The translations under genes were made by a program, and so were the position numbers. Below are positions 50,001 to 63,800 of a stretch of DNA of 64,000 nucleotides, piece by piece. Within the stretch, counting starts at the first letter, position 1; the number at the start of each line of letters is the position of its first letter. The DNA comes from Phoronis australis (Eukaryota; Animalia; Phoronida). The stretch is taken from assembly GCA_002633005.1 (NCBI GenBank), contig NMRA01000037.1, positions 1,198,160 to 1,262,159 on the forward strand. Reading direction: 5' to 3'. Below the pieces are notes generated by a model that had not been told where the DNA came from, made no database searches, and worked only from the letters and a program-made list of their open reading frames with translations.

Positions 50001-53000
50001 CCAAGAGGAAATAAAAAGGGCTAATCATTGACCATTAAGAGTGCATTATATACTCGTGCTCGCTCTTATAAAAACCCTAAAAGATGGCCAAAAAATGACA
50101 GGCCAAACGTCTTAACAACGTAAATAGCCTAGAAGCTGGTCTAAATACATCAATAAGTTTTACAAATGATGTTCGTAAAGAAGGTGTCGGTAACAGGATG
50201 TCGAAATAATCTGAGGATATTTTGGCTCATTTCTCATACAAGGTTAAAAATATGTGCTTCGCTATATATTGTAGCTTCTTAATGAAATTCTTCACTGAAT
50301 TTATGAGTAATTCATTGTAAGTTGCTACTCAAGCCCTCCAGATTGTGCGTCTGGTTCGTCATTACGTGTATTATTTCGGTTTACAGAACAACAGTGCAAC
50401 AAGAGAGAACGGCAACAAGGACACGGCACAAAAATCTTTGGAGCATACAGTTGGAATAACGTTTTATTCTCCAGATTCGTCAGTGGATAAGGCGTCTGCT
50501 TCGAAAAGGACGGGAAGTTCAAAGGTTTCGAATGCCAAAGATGTCAGAACTAGTGTAGTTAAACTGAGATTGACAGCTGAAAATTTCGACAGCGATAATC
50601 AAATGAAGATTCTTGACGAAAAGAAATCCAAAACGCATCAATCTAGGAATGATATGTTGAAATTTTCACAGACGAAAAAAATGGGTCGTTCTTTTACTAC
50701 TGACACAGACGGAAGGCAAATTGAAAGAAGTCCGAGCAGCCGTATAGCAGGAGAAAGGGATGACAGTAATTTAAAGCGTTTTAAAACTGTTCAACTGGTG
50801 GAATCTTCCACGGATGTATCTAGTGGAACAAGAAATGAACTTATCATGGTCACTTCAGACATGATCAACGCAGTTAGTGATCAGATGGATTATCCATCCA
50901 CATGCAGGACGAGATATAAAACGCATGGAAAACGTGTCACCCGAAACGCTTCATCAACTGGTTCAAAGAAAGGTAGTCAAAATCAAGACGTCATTGTTGG
51001 AAGTAAGGATTCCCCTCTAGAGCAGAAATTGAGTGTAGAACTGGAAGATGGTAAGAAAGAAATTTGGGACGACAACACCATTGATTCAGGTAGCGAACAA
51101 GTTGTTAGTGTGTCGCCTAACCATTCAATACCTCTCGTTTGGAATAACAACAATAGTCTGGCGATGTCTCGTGCACGACAAGGCAGGAGACGGACGTCTG
51201 CATTCTACGCAGAAGCTTCTAATGTCCAGGCAAGAGCCGTCGCTGTGATAGGAAACAAGAACGAGAACCGACGACGTTCTGACGACATAGACGCAATTCA
51301 AGAAGAGTCCAGAAAAAGATATTTGAACGCATGTAAGGTGAGTACCGTGTCTGGCATCGGTGGTTTTTCTGTAAGTGGCATCTTGCCACCTAAGATCTTG
51401 CTAGGATCGTATACGTCGTCAGCGCTCATTGGCAACTATCCAATCATTGGGCAGAAACGCTGTTTTTGTTTGCAAGATCAATTGTTACATATTTTTCCCC
51501 AATGGTCATTATTTAAACGGATAATTTGTTACATATTCCTTGTGAGCGCTAATGTTAGTGAAAGCAGTCCTTAAGTATAGGCCGAGGATGTGTTAACCTA
51601 GCTTCCGTGTTCAAGTTACTCATCGCCAGCACATGAGTTGACCAATGTTTTGCCGAGTAATGATAGGAAGTATGACGTCTTAGAAATGTAACTAGAGCAT
51701 TATTTGTAAGCAAATGAGTATTATAAATGTAGTATTAAAGACAAGCTCAGGGTAATAGTCGAATACGTGCCGAGACAATTTACCTTGGCATGTAAATATT
51801 CTCTTTATATATTCTTTTCTAGATTAGGCATAGATTATGTCGTTTCGGGAGGTCATATCAGTGATGCAAATCGGATGTTTAGTGGTGCAGTGTCATGGCT
51901 GTAGATGACCCGGAAATAAGAATTGACATGTCGCCACACTGGGTCCATAGCGTCATAATGACGTCAAAATGACGTCATGCTAAACATTCCAATAGGGAGC
52001 AGTAGTATTTGGAGAGTTAAGAAACACTTAGACGACTTTGGATAACACACCACTGCAGGCAAGGAAAGGGAAGACGTAATAGTCTCATGTCATCGCTTGT
52101 GTAGTTATGTTTCAATGCTTAACTCCGCCGGTTCAGCCAAGTCAACCAAACCCAACTGGCATCTAATCCGTTTGTAAGTCAGATGTCGTCACAGAAAACC
52201 AACCAGAAGTCTTATTCGATTGACTCGGCTGATTGATTTTTAAGTCGGAAGTCGTCAGCAAAAACCAACCAGAATTTTTGGTTGATCAGGAAGTACTTCC
52301 GGGGTAACTCAATAGCAACCTTTGAAGTATTAGATTTATGGAGACGTTAGGAATGTGATAAAATCGATAGAAGTTCAAATGATCGAGTTCACATATTCTA
52401 AGTGTAGCTGTGCGTCAAGCACGCTAGCATGAAAATTGTTGTGGCATATATATATACAGTTATTCCGAATTGAATCAAAGCCAGACGCTTTCCCTGTAGG
52501 TGTATGCCACATAGTCATGTAGGTAGTCTGTTCATAGAAAGATTATTCGGTATGTACAAATTTATTGCAAAAATGAATAATCAGACGATGTTCCAAGGAG
52601 TTTGTGTGCTTGTACGTTCATGGTTTATTTCGAAACTTTATATTGGGTTACCAATGTCTCGAACTAGTCTAATTGTTCCGCTGAAGATACTGTTATAGAT
52701 TTCAATGATAGAAAAAATGTTACGCACAGAGTGTTCCAAAATGCAACCTCAAATCAACGTGTCTTTGTAAAATGGCTCCGTTGCACTACAGGTGGCTTTA
52801 TTTGAAAGCAAGGCTAATCTTGAATAAACATATTTCGAGACGTGCATCTGTCGTAAAGGTGCTGAGGATAAGATTACCTCAAACTATTATGCAACCACCG
52901 AAACTTTCGTAGTGTGATTGGCTAAAATAAAGTACGATGATCTCCGTGCTGTGGTGATGTCACCCGGCTAGCCGCGTAATGCCACTTTTCAAGCCATTCG

Positions 53001-54800
53001 GAGGACAAATGTCGCTACTTGTGAGCAAACTGAGAACTTACATTTTGCATAAACCTCAATTCCATAAACAAGGTTATCGAGCCGACGATGCCAGTATATC
53101 AAGAAGTAGAAGTGTGTGATAAAACAAATGCAGATCAATCCCTTGAACATTTGGCTTTCGAACTCGGTCAACATTGCATTTCCGATGTCCAAATAGACCT
53201 GATTCACTCTTGCTTGCGGTCCAAACATGTACAGCGTTGCCTAACGACGAGTGCAAATTAATAAGAAACCGTGGCTAAATGACCTGTACTTATTAGCTAG
53301 CGGTCACATAAAGACGTGCTGTGACCATTTGCTCAATCTCATGCAGATTAGACGCAGGCTTTCATCCCCTTTCCGGTAAACACTCCAATTGCGTGAAAAA
53401 GAGCTCCTCCTTTTGTAAATGGTGCAACAAAGACACTTAACGCCATCAACATTTGTACAAATTATAAAGTAACACGTTCATAAACAACGGACAGTGTTGT
53501 TGAACGACATTTGTACATTCAATTTATCTTTTTAATTTGCGTGATTTCATAAAACCGAATTCTAACAATGAAGTGGCCACTTTTGCTGGCTACTCGAAGC
53601 TGGTGTCTTAAAGTTTGCGTTGCATTTTCGGGCACACTGTGCTTACAAAATCAGTACACTTTTGAGTGACAGATTTTGCATTTTTATTATTTTCTATAAC
53701 ATATTGTGCTACGTGTCTTCGAGCTGTGATCTGGGATGACATGTGATATAGGATACATAAATGCGTCATGTAAACGTAGGACCGTGCCTTTGCATTCAAT
53801 ATCTTATTCTTTTATTGGTACGATGAAAAGAACATTTACACAGAGTTTGGTCACAAATGAATAAGCGTGGTTATTTATGTCACCTAAAACCTTGCTGAAC
53901 AACTAGAACTCGATGTTATTATGTTGGGTAATACGGTGACATTCTCGTAACGTGATGTGGTTATGCAACTTTGATGCCTCGAGCCTGGATGAATATTTGA
54001 AGGTATATTTCGCTCTGTTTATCCGTTGGATTTAATTCTTTTACGCCTATGAAAATCGGTCTGTTAATGCTCCCAACCCAGATAGGATTTTATTCACGTT
54101 GTCGACAAGAAAAGCGAAACCACCAGACGCTTTAGAGATCATTCGTTGGCCAACCCTGAAACTGGGATTCGAAAATGGTGCCTTTGCGCATTGCCTATGA
54201 CTTGAGTTTCCTACACAGTTGACAACAGTTCATGATCATATGAGCATTACAATATTTTTCGTAAAACCTCAAAGCACTTTAAGATGATGCAAATGCTGCT
54301 TTTAAAATATTATCCTGTCTTCGTTGCATTCACGTTACACAGAGAAACGGCTCGAGGGCTACTTGTAGAACAGATATAGTGTGTGTAGAGTTTCAGTGAA
54401 ATGAGTCTCAAGCAATTGTGAGCCTCACATGTTTTTGAAAATAAAGTTTACAACCGCTATTGTTTCGTTGTGTACCTGATCTTAAGTCGAGGTTTCTCAT
54501 TATACATCATTCTGCATTACACTATGAACAATAGAACCAACGTTGTGCTAGCAAGAGAAAGAGAGCCGACAGAAGCTGAAGCAGAGTCATTGGCAACAAC
54601 GGCATCTCTAGATGCTGCGGTAACGGGGACGAGGGCGGCGATGGCGTCGGCGGCGACAGCAACATCAGCAGTAGCAGAAGCTGCAGCAGTAGAATCACTG
54701 CCGCTTCTTACCTCTGCAGCAGCAACGACCCAGTTGAAATAATATCAATAGCAGTAGCAGTAGCAGTAGCACCAGCAGTAGCAGCAGCAGTAGAAGTAGT

Positions 54801-54840
<40 letters not shown>

Positions 54841-57800
54841 GTAGTAGTGGTGGTGGTAGTATTATTATTAGTAGTAGTAGCAGTAGCAGTAGGAGTAGCA
54901 GTAGCATCAGCAGCAGCAGCAGCAGTAGCAGCAGTAGCAGTAACAGTAGTAGCAATAGTGACAGTAGCCGTAGCAGCAACAATAGTAGATATAAGTAGCA
55001 GTTGCAATACTTCTGCTAGTGTTTGTAACACTCTTGGTGTAGCTGGTAGTGACGCTAGTAATAGTTTACTGGCAGTCACTCGTGGTAGTCGACTACTAGT
55101 AGACATAGTAGTACTAGTAGAAGTACCAAAAGTAAGATACACTAATAAGTATTTTTCAAGTTCCAGTGAGTACACGAGATATATTTGCTCCATCTGGTTA
55201 CAAAGCCAGCCTCTCGGAATTTCTTCTGCGTGTGTGTTCTTTCAACACGCGACAGTGCAGGTAGCGTTTTATTTCCACTCGTGTGACCGAAGTAGAGTGT
55301 TTTGATCATATTAATAACTTTTTTATTGTTGTATTGCTTTCTGTGTGATCATGATGTCCTTGGTACAATGTCTACGCGCACTGTCGCATGTTCACAAAGG
55401 TAACATGAGAAATTACAAAAGGCTGGCTTTGAAGCTGAATAGGGCCAATTTATCTTATATTTTCAACGAAGCTTTGAAAAAGAGGGATAATTATCTAATT
55501 TTAAAAAGGATTTTAGTAATATTACTAGCGGTTGTAGCAGTCGTATAGTTGCAGTAGTAGGTATTAGTTAGTAGTAGTTATGGTAGAAATGGTAGTTATA
55601 GCAGAAGTGATAGAAGTATGTGTTATAGAGATATCAGGGGTGATAGTAGGAACAGTATAGACACGATAATGCTTTTAAGTTGATAGCAATTAGTTATAGA
55701 TACAGCTAGTCATATTGAAAAACTAGTATTTGTGATTTGTGCATCCTTTCTCATGAAAACTTTTCTAAGTAGTATTGTGTGTTGGTGCCATAATATGTGG
55801 TTGATTGAAAATTTGCACCGTTCTTACATGGGACTCAAACCTACGGTAACCTGCATTTTCGGCAGGATCTTTGCCGTACGAGACACCGAGGCGCCACTGT
55901 TTCAGGCACTGCACGTGCTGCAGATCAGCAGCAGGGCAATGGCATGTGATGAAATAGTGGAGACGGTTCAGTCAGCTTGTAAAATGCACCTGTTAGTAGT
56001 CGTCAGAGTAGCACCTGTGAGGAAATGGCCAAGTGTAGAGATTCTGGGAAACAATACCTTTCCTTACAAAATTGATGTTAAGTATCTTGCTTTAAATTCA
56101 AATTGCTATCGAAATCAATTTACGTTTCGTGGGATTCTTGTTTTTCGAAAAATACCTAGTTCTTTTAAAAAAAATTAGTTTTCAAAACTTCATTTTTCTT
56201 CAAAAACTTCAGTGTGCTAGAATAGCCAATAGAGGCATTGAGTCAAAGGTTAAACCTGCTTTAAAATTCATCCTTTTGCCTAATTTTGGCTTTTAGGTTA
56301 GTTACTGGAAACAGTTTGAGCATGGAATGTTGTCGCGAGAAGCAGTGAGTAAACTTGTAGAATGTGCTGACGTCGCTACAGACCAGAGAGGAGGGTACGT
56401 ACTCGTCTTGTTGATAAGAACACGGCTATCACGTGACGAAGTCCGTTTAATGTTGAGCAAAGGTCGTTAATAACTGCAGGGGGTCTGATACACGTTGTAA
56501 CAGACGTGCACAGGCCTCGCTTGTGGACCAACTGATCCCCTGGAACCATTTTATGCTTTATTAATATATAGTTAAAACCGAGCTGAGGAGCTAGAAACCT
56601 GACTCAAGGGTTTATCAGTTTGACCCAGTGGGACTCGAACCCACGACCTCGATTAAAAAAGCGGGTACCTATCACACTAGGCCACACTGCCTCCTCCATA
56701 GTTTGTTAAGCAAATTATGCAATATTTGTTTTCATGCTTGCAATAAAAACTTCTTCGTAAATTGTATTACACGCCTTTTGTTTTGCGCGATTTAAAAAAA
56801 ACTGACACGTGTTTGTGCGTGGCTGATGAACAAGACCTTGAATGAAAGGCTTTAAAAGAAAGGTCGTTAACTTTTGAACATCACCCGATAATCGAACTTC
56901 TTCACCATTTATTGTTTATTGATTGGCTCCGTGATGACCAATCTTTACCGAAACTCGAGTCGAAAATTAGCTATTGCGTGGCACGCTTCAAGTTGACGCC
57001 ATGCTACTAGTCAATGTTCGGTCGAGTCTTGTTTAACATGTTGTGGTCTCGAGAAGGCTTGAAATTGATTGTACTGAATATTGCATTTTGCCGTCACGAA
57101 AACTTGAGATGCGTTCCGTAAGCCTACATGACTGCAAGTTTGACGAGATCAAACTATCTTCACGAGATATCATCATGATTAACCTGAGAATCACGTGATC
57201 ATGCCAGCTATTGATCGCGAGTATTTGGCCTTGCGAAACGGGCCCTGTATAAGAAGTTCATACATGTTTAGGTATATGGATTTGAAAGAAATAAAGAAAA
57301 CGTGGCAGGTGAAAGGATTGTTCCCGTATCTGGTAAGATTGCGTGTAAATGTTTTGTAACTTTTTATATTGCTCAGAGCTATTTGCATTTTATCAACTAG
57401 GCTGCCCTGAAAATACTGTTTGGTGCCATTCGTTTGCTACTCTGAGTTTTTAGGCCGATGGACAACATATTTTAAAAACAACATATTTTATTTGTGCACT
57501 TTTCATTGACGGGTTTTTGTTCTACTAGATGTGTCGCCATTCACAACTGAAAAGAATAATTCTTTTGTCAGATATCAAATAAATATTTCTGCCGAGTACG
57601 TATTCTGCCTTTTTTCGCGCCAAAAAATACACCTCTACTCAGTGTAGGCAGTTTTGACCAGCATCTCGTTTTCAGAACAGCAACGAGATTTTCCTACGAT
57701 AATTGTGGTTTCCCCCATAATTACGTCCTTGAACCGCCTGTGCGTGTTTATATTCATCTTTACCGACACAATGTGTTCAAAGAGTGCAACATAGCCTTAG

Positions 57801-60800
57801 GTTTCCAATTTTAATTGAACCGTGTATCGTAACGCCAAAGCAACAATATAAACCTTCACTGATGTGGTCCTTGCAGAAACAAAAACTTGAAACGTGGGGA
57901 CTGACTCACAGAGGACCGCAGGAAGCTATGCCCAGGAATAGATTTCGGCGCTGGTGTTACATTGCAGCCAATCATATTGTGTTCGAAACAATCATCAATA
58001 TCGTGATTCTTGTGAATATGATACCAATTCTGATGGAGATCTTGGATAAGAACCCCTCTCCTGGCAACCAACAGTTTTTTGATTACTCCAATTATGTCTT
58101 CTTTGCCATATACTGCCAGGAGGCATTCGTTAAGGTAGGAATTTAGTTATTTCTAGTTCGTATTAACATACTTGAACTAAATTTATGATTTACGCACGCA
58201 GAATATACGAATGAAATCTGAATTTTTCCGCCAGAGAATAGATGTGAATGTGTTTTATTATACTTTGCATTATGCGAAATTATCTATCCGTGCGTTAAAA
58301 CAGTTCCTCTGAGAGACGTTCAGAATAATAGGCAACCTTTTTACAAAGTGTGATGTGGACTTCAGTGCAATGATAACTTTAGACCAACTTTGTTACCGGT
58401 GACGTGAATTGAATTATCTAAATGATGAGAAGTAATTAATGCCGAAATATGCCTAAAACTGCATATTGTCCAGTTTAGGTTCACGAAAAATCGAAATCAA
58501 AACTGTCTCACTTGGCACTACAAAACTACAGCTTCATTATCTCCTTTACCATGATAAATTATATCCGTTGCTAAAAAGAACACGCAAACCATTAATCACG
58601 GGTTACAAAGCTCTTTAGAAAACTGTTCAACCCTTTCTGCGCTTCGTTTTAACCGCAGGTGATGTCATTATTGCAACTGAATGTTGTAACTGTGGCTACA
58701 ATTTTGTTTAATTCCACTTTTAAATTTTTTTCGTAGTTTCTCGTTAATGTGCATTACGTGTTCAGGAAGTGCACTTTTAAGTGTCAGGGGGTATAATTAT
58801 GCGTAACTGAGACTGTTAGTTTACTATCTACGTTATGACTTTGACGTTTGCTTCCAGGTTATTGCGTTTGGGAAGCACTATTTTCTAAGCCACTGGAACC
58901 AGCTGGACTTGTTAGTCATTATTTTGTCGGTCGTCGACATAGTCATTTCAAAAGTCGAAGATGAATCACAAACCTTTGCCATCGATCCAAGTTTTCTGAA
59001 ACTTGCCAGGATATTTAGATTACTTCGAATTAGTCGTCTGTTAAAGCTATGTAGGGTAAGTACAGCCGTCTCCTCAATTCAAAGTACACTGTGGCACGAT
59101 ATTTTTGGTATTGCAAGGAATTAACATTTGCCTCAAATTGGTCATATTAAACGTTTCAGATAAATTATGAATCCACAGCCAGTTATTGTTGCAGGCATGG
59201 AATTGAGAACATTCGACAGTGTTAATACAAATATCTGTGCAAAGAAACAACAAAAACAGTAAAACTATAATGAATGGTGCACAAACGCTTGCGGCATAGA
59301 TGTCAAAGCTCTATAGTTCCACTTCCTTTTATGATAAGGTTATATGACGTGGTGACTGCTATCTTCTTTTGAAACTGCAGCCACTAACGCCGAAGATCCT
59401 TGAATTCTTCAATAAACAAATCAACAAGCAACTTAGCTTCGGCTACGATGTCGGGAAGGGCTATGTAAGCGGCGAGGAGGAAGTTAACAAGCTCATCGAT
59501 CAAATGATAGACCACAAACCTATAGCGCAGAATTTGAAGGAAATATCCGAGCAAGGTCGACTAGAGGTCATCCGGGAACTTGGTCAGTTTACGAAATTTC
59601 ATTGGACAATACTTGTTGCACCAATAACACGACCGTAGAAGTTCGATCGACTTGACGGACCACGATTGTTAAGAATTAAAATTTGTCGTTAAAGAGTGTG
59701 CCGCCACCGTCAGTCGCACAGTCCAATTGTTCGATACACCAAAGACGACCAAAGACGTTTAGAATGCTTTCAAAATGGCGAAATTGCGTGTGAGAATAGC
59801 AGATTTTCAGAGTATTGGTCCTTCAAAGTAGGCCTTTTAAGGATTAGAATTTTCTTGAAGTACGACTTAAAATCTCGGTTACAAATTCCTACTGAATAGA
59901 AGTAGACAACGCAAGTTTTCTTTCTTTTTCCTATTTTAAGCCACCAATTATAAGAATGTCAAATATTTTGCTCCATATGTATTGAAACCAAGTCAAGTGT
60001 AGAATGAGACACAAATGTTAAAATATTTTCCGAGAAAACTAGACTAATCTAGAATTTGCACATGCAAATAGACATTCATACGATGATTTTGAATGACAAC
60101 TCCACCAGCTGTCGTTCTGAAATGCCGTTTCCTTTCTAGCTATGCTGCAACGAGAACATCCGGGTATTGCAGTAGCAGTGAAGACACGTCAAGCCATCCG
60201 TAGTGTTCTTAATACAATCATGGAAAGTTTGAACGATCTTAAAGGAGATGGTCTATTAGATGATGTGGAGAGTTTAAAGTTATCACAGGTGAGCATACTT
60301 CTGGGATGGCTTGTACAATGGAATCAATTTTCCAAAAGAATAAGACGACTGAGAAAACGAACACCTGGTTGAATTAATTTAAAGAAAATCGACTAAAGAG
60401 AAATGCGGCAAAGTTTTGAAATCATAATCAATGTCACCATGTTCTTTAAATTCTAGTGGCAGATACTAACCTCTTAGTGATTGCAAGAAAAAGTAAACGT
60501 TATGTGAATATGCGCTGAAATGGACCATCCACGAACGATGGCACTTTTCAGGTTCCTAAGTGGCGCATATGTCTACCGTTTCATAGTAACTGTTCACGGT
60601 CTGATCTTTGATAGAAACCCTTGCCTATTTCAGATGATTGAATTACAAATGAAGCGCCTACTAAACGCGCCATCCTCTATCCCACCTCCGCCACCGGAGA
60701 ACATGTTGTCTTACGTTAGCTGGTTAGAAGGAGATCAACAGCTTATACAATTGGTCAAGGTACATTTGTATACCTTCTTACTTGTAATTTACGTGGTAGA

Positions 60801-63800
60801 TGAAAGTAGTTACAGGTGATTTATTTGCACGCGGTGTCCTAATTTCTGGATTTCTTACCCGTATTGTTTGCTTTAAGCAGCATGACGTTTTTTCTATTTC
60901 TAAAATTGAAGAAATAAGTAATATAAAACGCCAGTCTTAGCGTTTCGACAGGCATTCTGTGTTTTTGTAAGGAACAGGTATATTTTTAGGATTAAAAATG
61001 TTAAGCACTGGAACAACTCTTAGCATCAACGAGCTCTACACAAATTTGCACGCTGTTTGAGACATGCCTTCGAGCAAGTCTAATTGTTTGAAGTCATTTC
61101 TCGGGAGTTTTAGGGAAATGAAATCTAGGCGCGCTTCCTGAGGTTCTGGAATTCTCGATAGTATGTAATAGTTTATTGCTTATACTTGTTTGAGTAGCAG
61201 GATAGGCTGATTAGCATACAATAAAGACAGACTTGCCGTCATTCTACACCAGGTTTATTTTGTTGCAGGATCGAGCGAAACTAATAGCTTTTAACTATGG
61301 TGACGTCATTATGAATGTTGGAGACAAATGCAACGGAATCTATATCATTGTGTCTGGACTTGTTCGGGTATTTGAGCTGTTTGTACTTATTCCTAAACCA
61401 TGTGGTACAAGAAATTGAGAGGTCTTTGAGGAAACCAACAGATTATGAACACTAGCATTCACATTTTATGTTCAAGAAGGCTAACTTTATGAATTATTGA
61501 ATCATAGCACAGTAAACGGCAGATATTTACTGAATGTAAAGTACAAAATGCTTTTTTAAAACTACTATTACTATTGACAAAATGACCAACTAAAATGCAT
61601 AGGTTAGGCTGATGCCTTTGATTTCCCGGCACGCTTGTATATTGTGCATTGTTGAATGGAAAAACTTATTCTGTCACAGTGAAAAAGCGTGGGTAAGGCT
61701 AAAACGTTTGGAGAGCTTTTAAATTATTTTGCCAAAAGAAATTTTTTTATTAATTTTATTTTTTTATAGCGTGTCGGTAACCGCCCATTTGCCGCCAGCT
61801 TCAGTATCATTGTAGTTTCTGACGATTATTAAAAAGTTCAATAAGCACAATGTTTGGCAAATATACAGAAATTAGTGCCTTAGTACAAAGAAATCACTGT
61901 TGGTAACGAAGCTTGATGATAACATGATTGATTATACCGGTGTAGCTTGAAGGAGTAAGCGGCCACAGCCCTGTTCTAAAGGCTGACGTATCCCGAATGT
62001 CGATGGAAAGTGACCCGCAAGCGCACGCGTTCATGGACTTCTTAACCGCCGGAAAGGTCATAGGGGAAATGAGTATTCTAACGAAAGAGCCAAGGAATGC
62101 CACGGTCACGTGTGAAACGGCAGTGCAGGTTTGTAGTTACGAACATACAGCGTTGCTGCCACACGTTCGTTTCTAGAAGAAACCTCGTGTTACTGGGAAG
62201 CAATGTGCGATGCTGTAGTATGATTCCAGGATGTTTCCGTAGAGCTGTTTCTTGTGATTTTGCCGCGAGATCACGCAAAATTACCAGAATCAAATACGGG
62301 TGTTTCGTGACCTTATCTCAGATAAGCAAAAATGGTCGACACTGAAGTGTTTGGTCGACATAGCTGGAATGTTGAAAAATTGGGAGAATATTCACGATAA
62401 CGTTTCAAATGTAAATATTTCTAATAGCAAGTGTTTCGCGAGTGGACGCAACCCGGGTCAGTTCATCAGTGGTTAAAGTGGCAAAGAACGTAAAAATTGC
62501 AATATTGAAAGTTGTTCTCTACCAGTGAAACAGAGGCCAGACTGTTCCCCAGGTATTTTTATTCTTTATTCCTAAAGATTTTGAATTTCTGTTGATTTCA
62601 AAACATTTTTCCTTTGGTTTCAAATTTCAAAGAACGATGTGTAATCTGCTCGCAACTTGAGTTTTTATTTTGTTTGTGTTTCAGAAATAGTTAATCTGAT
62701 GATTTTTCTAGATATTCTTGCAATGTAAAATAACTCTAACATCAGCATCTCCAAGATGTAGATTTGCAACACAATCTGTTTAAAAAGTATTTTTTACGAG
62801 TTTGCGTGCTCCATGCCTCTTTAGCAGTTTTGATTTCAGAAGGGTTACTGTCATTGCTTTTGCTCACTGAACATGAAAACAGAAAACAAGGGAGAAACCA
62901 TTGTATCAAATTTACGGATATCGAGATAAGTCATTTTCACAAAAGATGATTGTGAGATTGTGGTCATATCCCGAGCAGCGCCGCCAACAGACGGAAATAT
63001 ACGATCTGTACAGATCATTTCATTTTAAGAGATACGAGGTAGCATACATCCAAAATCATTTGCAAACTTAACGAGAAGACCATCGGCTGCCTGACAGATC
63101 TGGATTCTGAGTTAGGACATACCTCTTCCCAATTTGCGCCCTGGGATGCTATCGGCAAAAAGGCCAACGCATAGTTAACGAGAGACCGTGATTAACACTG
63201 AGACCTGCCTTAGGATAACCGGGGATTTGCCTAAAACAAGGTCTTCCCTTATTAAGCCTTGCCTAAACATTCTCCATGTGCTCGACAACTCGGTAGGAAA
63301 AAGTAACTTGCTTTTGGGTACAAGAGTGTTGCTCTTTTGTTTATTTAAAGATCACAATAGTTGACAGTCACAAGTAAAACATGTAACTTTTTGACGACGA
63401 CCGGGATAACTGGATGGGTGTGTTTATTTAATACTGCTGGTGACTCGGGGAATTGGTGATCTGTTGACGGCAACTGTTGACTTCCGGCGAGGATTTATGA
63501 TGGCATATGGTAATAGCCGACGGTTGAGGCATAGTTTGTAGCGAAACATTTGTCAGTTTTCTTGCTTTTAGTTAAAAACAATGATTTCGGTAATAGGCAC
63601 TTAAGGGCTCCTGCATTTTGAGAACAAGATCTCTCGACTGAATGACCTCAAACCGGTATTCTGAGCTCGAGACCTTGTAAGTGACTCAAATTGCCATAAT
63701 CTCACCCCGTCTCTTATGGCTGGGTTCTCCCTTGTGAAAAACGTCAGTCGTCTTGTAAACGTGTATGGAGAATTGATTTCCATTTTGCAGTGTTATTACA

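Noticed and set aside
49957-50020. tRNA gene (ggcgttggtgtaatggttag)
   Set aside because: Only an A-box/D-arm-like part; no T-arm or B-box, so at most a truncated SINE head
54470-55305. Poly-Leu, poly-Ala, poly-Val and poly-Thr ORFs on both strands
   Set aside because: Translations of a GCA/GTA microsatellite in intron 12; no credible exon structure
56625-56697. Functional tRNA gene
   Set aside because: Anticodon arm is degenerate (internal T run) and the acceptor stem pairs poorly; treated as a SINE
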